DNA of 64,000 nucleotides from an uncultured Thermoplasmata archaeon. GTDB lineage: Archaea; Thermoplasmatota; DTKX01; GCA-020343715. The DNA is taken from contig CAYGVT010000017.1 of NCBI GenBank assembly GCA_964353355.1, positions 24,567 through 88,566 of the forward strand, written 5' to 3'. Numbering within the stretch: the first letter of the stretch is position 1; every line of letters starts with the position of its first letter. This document shows positions 16,150 to 26,940 of the stretch, piece by piece. Below the pieces are notes generated by a model. It saw nothing but the letters and a program-made list of their open reading frames with translations. It was not told the origin of the DNA and did no database searches. Made by a program: the position numbers and the translations under genes.

Positions 16150-16404
16150 CCACGGCCCGACGCGTGGCAGGGCCAATCGCGGGACGTGCAGAACGGCCCT
16201 CGTCTCTCAGGCCCTATCCACTGGGGACAATCGCCCAGTGCGCCAGTGTGCCACCGGCCGGTCGTGGCGACGGCACCCCTCGTATGTGGTGGCTCAGGGG
16301 TCTGCGGCATCGATGGTCAGTTCGGAAGGGCCGTCCGGGACCGGCCATCGTAAGGTATTTCAACGTACCTCGCCCAGTATGCCCCCCTTGGAGGGAGGTC
16401 GGGC

Positions 16405-17175
16405 ATGGCATTCTGTTCGTTCTGTGGCACCACGCTCCATCCTGGGGTCGCATTCTGCTATGCATGCGGGGAGAAGGTCCTGCCTCCCCCCCAGGCCGCC
16501 CCCGGGGCACCGCCTCCCCCGCCTGCGCCTGCCGCAGTCCCCCAGCAGCAGACAGTCCCGACGCCCTCCCCGGCTGTCGCTCCTGTTCCCGCACATGGTC
16601 CGCCGTCCCCTCCGAAGGCCCCCCAGGTGCAAAAAGAGGCCCCCTCGGTCGAGCAGGCGCCGCCCCAGGTCGCGGTGGCCAAGGGCACCTGCCCCCGATG
16701 CGGGAAGGAGCTGCGACCAGGGATGGCATTCTGCGTGAGCTGTGGGGCCAAGGTCGACGCCCAACACCCCGCGCCCCCGACCTCCCAGTCCCCGCCCTCG
16801 GCGCCGAAGCCCCCGAAGGCGGAGGAGGCCATGGCGGCTCCCAAGGCGCCCGCTCCTGCGGGTGCGTCCTGCGCAAAGTGCGGCAAGCCGCTCGAACCGC
16901 AGGCGAGGTTCTGCCCGTCCTGTGGCACGGCCGTTGAGGCCAAGCCGGCGACGGCCGCCCCCACGTCACCGGTCCCGACGCCCGCACCGACCCCACAGCC
17001 CGTCCAGCTCCCGGCCCCGACACCGGTCGTGGCAACGGCGCCCGCTTCACAGGCGCCGACCGCACGGATATGCGCGGGATGCGGGAAGCCGCTCCACCCC
17101 CAGGCGGTCTTCTGCATAAGGTGCGGTAGGAAGTCGGAGGTGCCCCCCGTCACCTCGGTGACTGGTTCATCGTGA
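16405..17175 (+). CDS. zinc-ribbon repeat protein (four DZR-type zinc ribbons separated by Pro/Ala-rich linkers)
   Basis: 256 aa. Four copies of CxxCG-x(8-12)-FCxxCG: FCSFCGTTLHPGVAFCYACG, CPRCGKELRPGMAFCVSCG, CAKCGKPLEPQARFCPSCG, CAGCGKPLHPQAVFCIRCG. GGAGG 8 nt upstream of ATG. Confidence 0.7.
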   Translation: MAFCSFCGTTLHPGVAFCYACGEKVLPPPQAAPGAPPPPPAPAAVPQQQTVPTPSPAVAPVPAHGPPSPPKAPQVQKEAPSVEQAPPQVAVAKGTCPRCGKELRPGMAFCVSCGAKVDAQHPAPPTSQSPPSAPKPPKAEEAMAAPKAPAPAGASCAKCGKPLEPQARFCPSCGTAVEAKPATAAPTSPVPTPAPTPQPVQLPAPTPVVATAPASQAPTARICAGCGKPLHPQAVFCIRCGRKSEVPPVTSVTGSS

Positions 17176-17654
17176 AGGAGACGACGGACAAGACCGCGAG
17201 GTCGGTGGACAACTACATGGCCGACGGCGTGGTCTCGCTCGGCATCCGCCCCTTGCGGGACCAGCCGAACGAGTGCCGCAAGGTCGCGCGCATCTCAAAG
17301 CCCAGGGGCACGAAGCGCTCCAACAACATCATGCAGGTCGACAAGGACCGCGAGGGGCTGAGCCTGCTGCCGCTCGAGCAGGAGATCTGCGGGCTCAGTC
17401 CGTGAGGCGGCGGGATGTCCAATCCCATAATGAGTGCAGGGTCTACCTGACGGAATGTCCCTCTGTCTCCAATCGGGCCATTGGGACATATGCACGTCTT
17501 TGTCAGGATGCCCCAAATCCTCAGGCAAATCAATTGACATCGGAAAGCGGTGACCTTGGTGCAGGGAGTGTCTCATTCCACTGGCCATTTCACCAAGTGT
17601 GGGGTTCCCTGAAAACCGTAAAAGACCGTCAAGGCATTCCCCTTATTATATGAC

Positions 17655-17990
17655 CGGAAGGCTTTTTAATACCCTGGGGCCATAGATTCCCGGTAAGGGA
17701 GGGAAGCCCGGGTGAGGAAGTCACTAGTGGTGGGGGTCCTAGCGGTCCTGCTCGCATTGCCAACCTTCGTAGGCCTACCGCATGAGGCCCCCGCGGACGG
17801 TCAGCCTTGGGACGAGGCTCAGGTCGGACCGCGCATCACCGCACCGAATCTGGCCGAGGTCTCCGAGATATTCCGTGGCCTCCAGGGTTTCTTCACCGAG
17901 AACCTCGGCCTGGTCGACAATCCCGAGGTCAGATTCTACGCGCAGGGGGACGCTCTGTCGGTTGGGTTCACGCTCGATGGCCTCATCCTA
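17655..17990 (+). repeat. duplicated promoter plus 5'-CDS module (copy A), ~80-85% nucleotide identity to 26605-26940
   Basis: Aligned by eye: ...TTTTTAATACCCTGGGG...GGTAAGGGAGGGAAGCCCGGGTGAGGAAG...GGTCCTAGCGGTCCTGCTCGC...TTCTACGCGCAGGGGGA... shared with the region upstream of and within gene 26660. Confidence 0.7.
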
Positions 17991-20900
17991 TTGCTGTCAG
18001 ATGACCGCACTTCGGATGGCACCTCGACCGGTGAGGGCCCCTCCGAGACCTACGTTCTCAAGCTGTCGTTCGAGGATGACCGGTCGGTGGAGCCCGTGGG
18101 CTTCCATGCGGTGCCGCACTTGACGAACTCATTCGTCGGCAACGACGCATCGAAGTGGGTGCGCGGGGCCAGGAGTTTCGAGGAGGTGAGGTACGAGGGC
18201 CTGTACGAGGGCATCGACCTCAGGTTCCACTTCAAGGATGGACGCCTGAAATACGACTTCATCCTAGCCTCGTGGGCGGACCCCGGCTCGGTGCGGATGA
18301 GATACGATGGTGCCACCGGGCTCCGTGCGGACCCGGAGACCGGCGACATGTTGGTCTCGACGCCCATGTGCACGCTCAGGGACGAGCGGCCCGTCATCCT
18401 CTGGGAGGCGGCGGGTATGGCAAGGAGCTGCCCTGGCGATTTTGCGCTCGGCGGGAATGGCTCTTGGGGTTTCGCCCTGCCCGAGGGGGTTCCGCGTGGC
18501 GTCCCGATGACCATTGACCCTGGACTGGCATGGTCTACGTTCCTCGGGGGTTCCGGGAGGGATACCCTCTACAGCGTGGCTGTGGATAAAGATGGGTCAG
18601 TATATGCCGTCGGACAGACCGACTCGATCAACTACCCGACCACTTCGGGAGCCTACGACCGCACGCAGAACCAATATAAAGGGCTCGTGACGAAACTGGA
18701 CCCATCGGGCTCAACGATACTGTTCTCCACCTTTTTCGGGGGGACGAACAGCACTGTCCCGGGTGGTAGCACTGTGACCCAGTCCGCTGGAATGACACCC
18801 GATGGGAACCTTGCCCTGGCGAGCATCACATATTGCGATGATTGCCCGACAACGCCGGATGCCATCTACGCGACACATAGGGGTAGAGCAGACATTTACT
18901 TCCTCGTCCTCAATCCACAGGGGAGCGACTTGGTCTATGCCTCATACCTTGGAGGAAGCGATCGGGACGTCGCGCATGACCTCGTCATCGACGATGAAGG
19001 CGCCGTCGTCATCGTGGGCGAGACCAGCTCTCCCGATTGGACGGTCCCGCCCAATACGTACTGCAGCACCTACAATGGCGTCAATGACGTGTTTGTCCTG
19101 AAGTTGAGCCCCACGTACCATGAGATACGAGCGATGACCTACCTCGGTGGGACATCTAACGATATGTCCTACCAGACCGACGTCGATTCCGACCAGAACA
19201 TCGTGGTTACGGGCGGGACATTCTCGACCGACTTTCCAACAACACCGGGTGCCTATTGCACGACCCATGCAGGATACCTCGACAGCTTTCTCACGAAGTT
19301 CGACCCGAATTGCACAAGATTGATCTTCTCCACAATGTACGGGGGGACTGGCCAGGACGATGGCTGCCGTCTCCGTGTGTGCGGTGATGGCAGGATCTGG
19401 GTCGGGGCCGAGACGACCTCCCCGGACTACCCCGTCACTCCTGATGCCCAATACGATAGCTTCTCGGGAGATGTCGATCCTGGCATCTCGGTCTTTGATG
19501 CTACCGGGTCGCGCTTGCTTTATAGCACCTACTTCCCGGGGACGAGATACGAATCGGTCTACGGCTCGGCTATCGATGAGAAGACGAATCAAATCTATTT
19601 CTACACCCGCAGCAGCTCAACCGTGCTGCCAACGACCAAGGGATGCTATTGCCCCGTGTACTCCGGAGGTTCCAATGATTTGCTGGTCGTCGGTTTCAAC
19701 CTCACAACTTACAAGTTCGATTACTGCACGTACATAGGTGGGTCGGGGGTGGATAATGTCGATCTCTCATGGGGCGACACCATGATGGTCGATGATGAGG
19801 GCTATCTCTACCTCGCAGGAACGACTGCCTCCACCGATTTCCCGACGACCGGGCAGGCGGCGACCCGTGCATACGCCGGAGGTACATTCGATGGTTTCGT
19901 CCTCAAGCTCGACCCGAGGCCAATCCAAGACCCGCCGGAAAAACCGACCGGTCTGGTATCGAGGCCTGGCAACAATCAAGTTGAGGTCATGTGGGATAGT
20001 CCGACAGCAGAAAACTACAAGGTTCACAAGTACCAGGTCTTCAGGTCGCCCAGGGACAGGCTGGGGCCAGATGCCATCAAGTGGTTGGTCACAAAGGGAA
20101 CATCATACAAAGACATGACGGTACAGAACGGGAAGACATATTATTACTGGGTCTCGGCCTTCAATAGTGTGGGGGAAGGCGCCCTCGCCGGACCGGTGGA
20201 TGGTCGGCCCATGGGGTCGCCCAGCGCGCCGCAGAACCTCGTCGCGCAGAGCGGAAACGGACGCGTCACGCTCACCTGGACGCCCCCGGCCACCATGAGT
20301 GGCGGGCAACTGCTAGGTTATGTCGTGCTGAAGGGTGGCAACAGCCATGAGCTCGTGCAACATGCCTTGATCGGCGCAGATGATAGGTGGGAGGACACGG
20401 AGGTCGAACTGGGCAAGACCTATTTCTATTCCCTGAAGGCTTTCAATGAGATATTCTCTGGTGAGCAGAGCTCGATTGTCGGTATCAAGGCAAGGGATAG
20501 GGCCTCGGCACCATTGAAGGTTAGTCTGGTGCCCATCGACAGGGGCGCTCTCATCTCATGGCAACCCCCCTTCAGCAATGGGGGCGCCACGATCCTTGGT
20601 TATCACATCCTCAGGGGACCATCCGAGGAATCCATGGAGATTGTCGGGATCACGTCACCATCCGAGCGGTCCCTCCCCAACTATGGTCTGACCAACGGAG
20701 TGGAATACAACTACAGTGTGGCAGCTTTCACCGAGGTGGGCATGGGCTACCCTAGCGAGCCTCTCACGGTCAAGCCAACCGGCACGCCCTCAGAACCACG
20801 CAACTTCATCGCGATGAGAGGCGACGGGTCCGTACGCCTGATATGGGATTCCCCCGCGAACGATGGCGGATGGCCAGTGACGGGTTATAAGGTGTACGCG

Positions 20901-22115
20901 GGGAAGGAAATCCTCGTGGAAATCGAATCGAACCTGAATGCGACGTATTACCTTCACACAGGATTGACGAATGGCGATCCATGGTATTACTCCATTAGCG
21001 CAATGAATAGATTGGGGGCGGGCCCAAAGAGTAACATCTCGTTCGCTGTCCCTCTCGGACAATCGGAAGCTCCCGCTTCATTCATCGTGGAACCGATGAG
21101 GGGTATGGTAAGGCTCTCATGGTATACCCCCCTCGACACAGGAGGGGCACCCCTCTTCGAGTACCGCATCTATCGTGCGATGACGGATTCCCCTTTCGAG
21201 TATCTGAAGGGATTGGCCACCACGGCCCTCAATTATTGGGATTACGAGATCGTCAACGGAAGGACGTACAAGTACTATATCGTCGCGGTGACGGAGATGG
21301 GCGAAGGGCGTTCGACATCCATCGAATCGGCCATCCCATATGGGTCTCCAGGCAGACCATCAGGTCTATTTCTGGAGGCCGGCGACCGCAGAGTGACACT
21401 CCATTGGACCGCTCCGGAGAACGATGGAGGAAGAGCAGTCGAGGGATACAGCATTTTTCGCGGCCTCTCCCCCCAGTCTATGGTGGAACTTCTCAAGGTC
21501 ACGCCACAGGAGACCTACACGGACATGAGCACGGAGCTCACGAACGGAGTCGATTATTACTACAGCATCAGAGCGCTGAATGAGGCGGGCGAAGGACCCG
21601 AATCGGACGTCATGACCGCACGTCCTGCGGGGGTCCCTGGCGTGGTCTCGGATTTCGCTGTCACATCAGAAACGGGAACGATCATACTCACATGGAAACC
21701 GCCGGCCATAGGGGGAGGTCGCTCCGTCATCGGCTACGTGATATACAGGGGCAGGACCATATCGGGGATGGTTGCCTACAGGACCCTCGGTACGGCCCTG
21801 AGCTTCTTGGACCTAGACGTGGAACTGGGCGAAAGCTACTTCTATTCCGTTTCCGCCGTCAATACCGAGGGCGAGGGTGACATTGCCACGCCGAGGCTCA
21901 TCGAGGTACCCCCGAGGATGTCCGGTGGTTGGACCGGAGAATCGGCCCTCTACTGGGTTCTTGTCATTGTGGTGCTCAGTGTCATGACCTTGATGGTCAT
22001 CGTCGTCCTCGTGCGTAACAGGTTCACCCGCCCACCATCACGTCATGGTTCTTCTAAAGAGAAATCGGCCAATCGGACTGGTGGCAAAGCAGATGGTAGG
22101 GGTGGTGGTCGATGA
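17712..22115 (+). CDS. giant secreted surface protein: signal peptide, conserved N-terminal domain, SBBP beta-propeller repeats, ~8 fibronectin type III domains, C-terminal TM anchor
   Basis: 1467 aa, GTG start after GGTAAGGGAGGG. N-terminal domain FTENLGLVDNPEVRFYAQGDALSVGFT. Repeats like DTLYSVAVDKDGSVYAVGQTDSINYPTTSGAYD (SBBP). Repeated FN3 units with LTWTPP/GY motifs. C-terminal TM WVLVIVVLSVMTLMVIVVLV. Confidence 0.85.
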   Translation: MRKSLVVGVLAVLLALPTFVGLPHEAPADGQPWDEAQVGPRITAPNLAEVSEIFRGLQGFFTENLGLVDNPEVRFYAQGDALSVGFTLDGLILLLSDDRTSDGTSTGEGPSETYVLKLSFEDDRSVEPVGFHAVPHLTNSFVGNDASKWVRGARSFEEVRYEGLYEGIDLRFHFKDGRLKYDFILASWADPGSVRMRYDGATGLRADPETGDMLVSTPMCTLRDERPVILWEAAGMARSCPGDFALGGNGSWGFALPEGVPRGVPMTIDPGLAWSTFLGGSGRDTLYSVAVDKDGSVYAVGQTDSINYPTTSGAYDRTQNQYKGLVTKLDPSGSTILFSTFFGGTNSTVPGGSTVTQSAGMTPDGNLALASITYCDDCPTTPDAIYATHRGRADIYFLVLNPQGSDLVYASYLGGSDRDVAHDLVIDDEGAVVIVGETSSPDWTVPPNTYCSTYNGVNDVFVLKLSPTYHEIRAMTYLGGTSNDMSYQTDVDSDQNIVVTGGTFSTDFPTTPGAYCTTHAGYLDSFLTKFDPNCTRLIFSTMYGGTGQDDGCRLRVCGDGRIWVGAETTSPDYPVTPDAQYDSFSGDVDPGISVFDATGSRLLYSTYFPGTRYESVYGSAIDEKTNQIYFYTRSSSTVLPTTKGCYCPVYSGGSNDLLVVGFNLTTYKFDYCTYIGGSGVDNVDLSWGDTMMVDDEGYLYLAGTTASTDFPTTGQAATRAYAGGTFDGFVLKLDPRPIQDPPEKPTGLVSRPGNNQVEVMWDSPTAENYKVHKYQVFRSPRDRLGPDAIKWLVTKGTSYKDMTVQNGKTYYYWVSAFNSVGEGALAGPVDGRPMGSPSAPQNLVAQSGNGRVTLTWTPPATMSGGQLLGYVVLKGGNSHELVQHALIGADDRWEDTEVELGKTYFYSLKAFNEIFSGEQSSIVGIKARDRASAPLKVSLVPIDRGALISWQPPFSNGGATILGYHILRGPSEESMEIVGITSPSERSLPNYGLTNGVEYNYSVAAFTEVGMGYPSEPLTVKPTGTPSEPRNFIAMRGDGSVRLIWDSPANDGGWPVTGYKVYAGKEILVEIESNLNATYYLHTGLTNGDPWYYSISAMNRLGAGPKSNISFAVPLGQSEAPASFIVEPMRGMVRLSWYTPLDTGGAPLFEYRIYRAMTDSPFEYLKGLATTALNYWDYEIVNGRTYKYYIVAVTEMGEGRSTSIESAIPYGSPGRPSGLFLEAGDRRVTLHWTAPENDGGRAVEGYSIFRGLSPQSMVELLKVTPQETYTDMSTELTNGVDYYYSIRALNEAGEGPESDVMTARPAGVPGVVSDFAVTSETGTIILTWKPPAIGGGRSVIGYVIYRGRTISGMVAYRTLGTALSFLDLDVELGESYFYSVSAVNTEGEGDIATPRLIEVPPRMSGGWTGESALYWVLVIVVLSVMTLMVIVVLVRNRFTRPPSRHGSSKEKSANRTGGKADGRGGGR

Positions 22116-25100
22116 TACCGGCGCGTTTGACGGCTCCCCTCATGGCCGTCCTTGTCATCTTGCCCGTCCCATCCGTGCTCCTCCCGGACTTGGGGGAGGA
22201 CCCGGTGGATCTCGGAACTGTCTCGCCACCCCTTTCTATGGACGGCGGGTCATCAAAGGCGTTGGAAGGTTTCCGCAACCTCGATGGGCACTTCATAGAA
22301 AACAAAGGCCAGTTGGACAATGCGGATGTCAGGTACTACGCGTTGGGGGACCCGCTCTCCGTGGGCCTCACGCCTACAGGTTTGATCCTCACGCTGTGCG
22401 GTTCGCCGGACGGGGGCACGACCACAGCGAGTGCCATTCATCCCGAAATGGTCGTGTTCAAGCTCAACTTCTTGGGAACCGCCCCAGTCGAACCCTCCCC
22501 CTGCGCGGTTGCGACGCATCCCACAAACTACTTTATCGGGAACGATGCCTCGAGATGGGTCCAGGGCGCGAGGAGCTATTCAGAGGTTCGCTATAGCGAT
22601 ATCTATCAGGATGTGGATCTCAGGCTCTACTTCAATGAAGGTATGCTGAAGTACGAGTTCCTCGTCGGGACGGATGGTGACCCAAGTTCCATAAGGCTCG
22701 GTTACGAGGGAGTGGACGATGTGAGGGTAGAGGCGCTTACGGGCGACATGCTCGTGCGCACCGCCATCGGCACCATCAGGGATTCAAGGCCCATCATCAC
22801 GTCCACGAGGGGTGAGAGGGAGACACGCATCGATGCCAGCTTCGAGCGCCCCGAAAAGGGGGTCTTCGGCTTCAATGTTCCTCATGATGTCCTCGGTCAA
22901 AGGCCTTTCATCATAGACCCCGGTCTCCGGTTCAGCACATATCTGGGAAGTGCAAAGCGCGATGAGGTGTTCTTCTCCACTGCAATCGATTCCGATGGCA
23001 ACATCATGGTCGGGGGTTACACCGGTTCTAACGATTTTCCCACAACACCAGGTGCGTACAATCGCACATGGAACGCGTACAAGGCCTTCATTGCCAAGTT
23101 CGACCCGACACTCTCGGCCATGTTGTTCTCAACCTTCTACGGGGGAGATGAATCCAATTCATTGTCCGCGACATTCGACTATAGCATTGACGTCCTCAAA
23201 GATGACAGGATCCTCGTGGTAGGGCATACGACCGCGAGCAACTTCCCTGTCACGGATGATGCATTCGAGGAGCACTACCAGGGATTGTCAGATGGATACA
23301 TTGTGGTTTTGAGTGGGGATGGGGGGTCGCTCCTCTATTCCTCTTACTTCGGTGCGGAACAGGACGACGGGGGGTTCTCGACCGCGCTCCTGCAGGATGG
23401 CTCGCTCCTGATCATGGGAGCCACCGCATCATCCGGACTGCCCACCACCCCTGGCGTATTCCAGACGACGAAGTCCAAAGGCACCGATATCTTCCTGGCC
23501 AAGTTCGACAGCTCCCTGAAGCGGCTGGTCTTCTGTACCTACATCGGGGGCTCGGCCGAAGATATGTGCATCTCCGGTGGAACGGTGGGCTGTGACCTAT
23601 ATGGTGACATATACCTGGTCGGTTATACATCCTCAGGTGACTTCCCGACCACCAGCAATGCCTACAGGAGGATACCCCAGGGAAACCTCCCTGACATGTT
23701 CTTCATGAAGCTCACTTATAACGCGAGCCGTCTCCTCTACGGTACTTATCTAGGTGGTGATGGCGAGGATTATCCCGTTTGGCTCCATGTGACACAGATC
23801 GGACAGGCCTACGTCCTTGGTTACACGAATTCCAAGGACTTCCCCGTGACCGTCGATGCCGCCGACACAACACTCGATGGGGCTTGGGACGGCTTTATCC
23901 TGGCGCTTGACCAGTATGGCTATCCCAGATACTGTACACTGTTCGGAGGAGATGGCGATGATTGTATCTATCGTGGGGTTTTTAATCCAGAGAGGGATCT
24001 CATCATATTCGCCGGCGAGACCTCATCAACCGACCTTCCCTGGACGACCGGCTGCTATTGCCCCGTGCTTGCTGGCGGGCATAACAACATCTTCGTTGGG
24101 GGGTTCTCCAGGATATCCTATTCCCTCAGGTATTGTACCTACATGGGTTCCCCGGGTACCAATTCACAAGATTCTTCGACGATACGGCGCCTCTCCCTCA
24201 AACGGGAAGGCGAACTGGTCATGGCGGGGCTCACAAAGTCGACGGACTTCCCCACCACCCGAAGTGCATTCATGAGGGTCGGTTGCGGTCTGAACTGGGA
24301 TGGGTACCTCTTTGTCCTGGACCCGACCCCAGTCCCGCCACCTGTGGCTCCCACAGGATTCAGCGCCCTTGCTGGCGATGCCCATGTGAGACTAGAATGG
24401 GACAGGCACATCAATGAGAGCTATGTCACACTGGGGTACGCGCTCTTCCGCGGGCTCACTCCAGACCAGCTGGACCTCTTGGCCAATACCACCGCAAACA
24501 CCACGTACGAGGATACCAACGTCACCAATGGCAAGCGGTACTATTACGAGGTTAGGGCCATAAACAGCATGGGTGCGGGTGAAGCTGCCGGTCCCTTGGA
24601 GGCAAGGCCCATGGGCATGCTCTCCGAGCCCCAAAACTTGACGGCGAGCACTGGCGAAGGGACCGTCGTCCTTACCTGGGACCCTCCGAGCTCAACTGGC
24701 GGCGTGGAGGTCCTCGGCTACCACATCCACAGAGGTTCATCGGACACCAACCTGATACCACAGGATTCTGTCATCTCGCAGATGAATTTCACGGACACCA
24801 GCGTGCTCCCTGGGACCTATTACTGGTACGCAGTCGTGGCCTACAACGAGCGGGGCAATGGCACCGTGAGCACTCCGTTACAAGTGAAGGCGCTGGGCAG
24901 GGCATCCGCGCCCACGATGCTCAAGGTCAACGCGGGGAACGGATGGGTTGACATCACCTGGGGTCCTCCGGAATCGACGGGAGGAGCACCCATCCTCGGC
25001 TACATGGTCTTCAGGGGACCCTCGCCCGAGGAGATGGCACCTTTGTGCAGCACAAGCCCGCAGGGATTGGGCCACAATGATACGACCGTCGAGGGCGGAG

Positions 25101-26539
25101 TAGTCTACTACTACTGCGTCGTCGCCATGACCGAGCCGGGCGAGGGCCGTCCTACCGAGGTTCTCAGCGCGCGACCCACGGGCGTTCCTGGGCCACCGCA
25201 GGGTCTCGCGCTAAGGGCGGGCGACAAGCAGGTCCGCCTCACATGGACGGGTCCGCTGACCGACCGCGGCATGCCGGTCACGGGTTACAGGGTCTATCTC
25301 GGTGCCGACCCCGACTCGCTCAAGCGCGTGGAGAGCCTCGGCGATGTGCGGGAGTACACACGCAGGGAGCTCGAGAACGGGATCATGTACTACTTCGCGG
25401 TCTCGGCGGTCAACCTCAACGGCGAGGGCCCCAGGTGCGCTGCCATTCCCGCTATACCCCTGGGCGTTCCGGATGCGCCCGTCAACCTGACGGCATCGGT
25501 TGCGGTCGACCAAGTCAGGCTCCGCTGGAACCCACCGCTGGACACCGGGGCCGCTCCATTCCTCGATTATGTCGTCCTGCGGGGGGCCTCAAAGGATGCG
25601 CTCATGCCATTGTTGGCATCCCCCCTAAGGGATGCACGCGAGTATTTGGACACGGACGTGGAACTAGGCGCCACGTACTTCTACAGCGTGCTGGCCATCA
25701 ACCCGTACGGTGCGGAGGGCCCGCGGACGGACTGCGAGGAGGTGCTGGTCGCGGTGCCTCCAGGTGCGATAACCGGCTTGACGGTCGACGCTGGGGATGG
25801 ATGGGTGAACCTGACATGGGCTCCTCCCACCACCACAGGGGGTCTTCCCGTCACTGGCTACATCGTCCTCAAGCGGACCGTGGACGGGGACCTGGCGGAG
25901 GTCGCGTACCCAGGGGAGACCTATCTCAAGGATGTCTACGTGGACAACGGCATCACGTACTTCTACGCGGTACGTGCCATGAACAGGGCCGGGTCAGGGC
26001 CGTACGAGGTCGTGGTGAACGCCACCCCGTGGGGAAGCCCTCCTGCGCCAGAGGGGCTCACCGTCCATCTTCGGGACGGTAAGGCCGTCGTACGGTGGGA
26101 GCCTCCATCGGGACCCTGCGCCCCAATCACAGGGTACGTCCTGATGAGGGGGAACTCCCTCACCATGATGAAAATCGTCGCCGAGTTGGGCTTGGAGACC
26201 GAGTACATTGATTCAAGCATCGAGCCCGGTAAGGTCTATTATTACACAGTGAGGGCGAGAGCCGCGGTTGGTGACGGGACCGAGGCAAAACCTGCGAGAA
26301 TACAAGTACCCGAGGACCTGGGTCTGCTCAAGGTGGCGACAATAGCCATCGGTGTACTTTTCATGGTGCTTGTGATGTTCCTCATCGCGGGATGGCAACG
26401 TGCCAGGACGGTCAGGGCCGACGAGGAACACGAGGGTGAGCATCGAGGGGAACATACGGTGGACGACCAAGGCCCTCCGGAGGATTCATCGGACGCTGAC
26501 CCGGTCGGTGAGGGCACAGACAAGGGTGTGGGGCCTTAG
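22112..26539 (+). CDS. giant secreted surface protein, paralog of 17712-22115 (N-terminal domain, SBBP repeats, ~9 FN3 domains, C-terminal TM anchor plus acidic tail)
   Basis: 1475 aa. ATGA overlap with the stop of the upstream gene. FIENKGQLDNADVRYYALGDPLSVGLT N-terminal domain matches the paralogs. TM IAIGVLFMVLVMFLIAGW followed by acidic tail. Confidence 0.85.
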   Translation: MIPARLTAPLMAVLVILPVPSVLLPDLGEDPVDLGTVSPPLSMDGGSSKALEGFRNLDGHFIENKGQLDNADVRYYALGDPLSVGLTPTGLILTLCGSPDGGTTTASAIHPEMVVFKLNFLGTAPVEPSPCAVATHPTNYFIGNDASRWVQGARSYSEVRYSDIYQDVDLRLYFNEGMLKYEFLVGTDGDPSSIRLGYEGVDDVRVEALTGDMLVRTAIGTIRDSRPIITSTRGERETRIDASFERPEKGVFGFNVPHDVLGQRPFIIDPGLRFSTYLGSAKRDEVFFSTAIDSDGNIMVGGYTGSNDFPTTPGAYNRTWNAYKAFIAKFDPTLSAMLFSTFYGGDESNSLSATFDYSIDVLKDDRILVVGHTTASNFPVTDDAFEEHYQGLSDGYIVVLSGDGGSLLYSSYFGAEQDDGGFSTALLQDGSLLIMGATASSGLPTTPGVFQTTKSKGTDIFLAKFDSSLKRLVFCTYIGGSAEDMCISGGTVGCDLYGDIYLVGYTSSGDFPTTSNAYRRIPQGNLPDMFFMKLTYNASRLLYGTYLGGDGEDYPVWLHVTQIGQAYVLGYTNSKDFPVTVDAADTTLDGAWDGFILALDQYGYPRYCTLFGGDGDDCIYRGVFNPERDLIIFAGETSSTDLPWTTGCYCPVLAGGHNNIFVGGFSRISYSLRYCTYMGSPGTNSQDSSTIRRLSLKREGELVMAGLTKSTDFPTTRSAFMRVGCGLNWDGYLFVLDPTPVPPPVAPTGFSALAGDAHVRLEWDRHINESYVTLGYALFRGLTPDQLDLLANTTANTTYEDTNVTNGKRYYYEVRAINSMGAGEAAGPLEARPMGMLSEPQNLTASTGEGTVVLTWDPPSSTGGVEVLGYHIHRGSSDTNLIPQDSVISQMNFTDTSVLPGTYYWYAVVAYNERGNGTVSTPLQVKALGRASAPTMLKVNAGNGWVDITWGPPESTGGAPILGYMVFRGPSPEEMAPLCSTSPQGLGHNDTTVEGGVVYYYCVVAMTEPGEGRPTEVLSARPTGVPGPPQGLALRAGDKQVRLTWTGPLTDRGMPVTGYRVYLGADPDSLKRVESLGDVREYTRRELENGIMYYFAVSAVNLNGEGPRCAAIPAIPLGVPDAPVNLTASVAVDQVRLRWNPPLDTGAAPFLDYVVLRGASKDALMPLLASPLRDAREYLDTDVELGATYFYSVLAINPYGAEGPRTDCEEVLVAVPPGAITGLTVDAGDGWVNLTWAPPTTTGGLPVTGYIVLKRTVDGDLAEVAYPGETYLKDVYVDNGITYFYAVRAMNRAGSGPYEVVVNATPWGSPPAPEGLTVHLRDGKAVVRWEPPSGPCAPITGYVLMRGNSLTMMKIVAELGLETEYIDSSIEPGKVYYYTVRARAAVGDGTEAKPARIQVPEDLGLLKVATIAIGVLFMVLVMFLIAGWQRARTVRADEEHEGEHRGEHTVDDQGPPEDSSDADPVGEGTDKGVGP

Positions 26540-26604
26540 ATTCGGACGGGGATGTCCTTTATGAATCGTTTAAGACAGCAAAGGTATCCGTTTGTTAAAT
26601 AACC

Positions 26605-26940
26605 GCAAGGTTTTTTTATTCCCCAGGGTCTTGGTTGCTAGGTAAGGGAGGGAAGCCAGGTGAGGAAGACAGTGATGGTGGGGGTTCTAGCGGTCCTGCT
26701 CGCTTTGCCAACTCTCGTGAGCCTGCCGCAAGGTGCCCCTGCAGACGGGCAGTCCTCGGACGGGGCCCGGGTCGTCCCACGCACCACCGCACCAGACCTG
26801 GCCGAGGTGTCCGGGATGTTCCATGGCCTCCCGGGTTTCCTCACCGAGAACCTCGGCCCGGTCGACAACCCCGAGGTCAGGTTCTACGCGCAGGGGGATT
26901 CTCTCTCCGTAGGCCTCCCACGCGACGGGCTCATCATCAC
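26605..26940 (+). repeat. duplicated promoter plus 5'-CDS module (copy B), counterpart of 17655-17990
   Basis: GGTTTTTTTATTCCCCAGGG...GGTAAGGGAGGGAAGCCAGGTGAGGAAG...GGTTCTAGCGGTCCTGCTCGC...TTCTACGCGCAGGGGGA. Confidence 0.7.

Noticed and set aside
17172-17405. 77-aa ORF overlapping the end of the zinc-ribbon repeat gene
   Set aside because: No motif, no obvious promoter; partly overlaps a better-supported gene; cannot be supported from sequence alone
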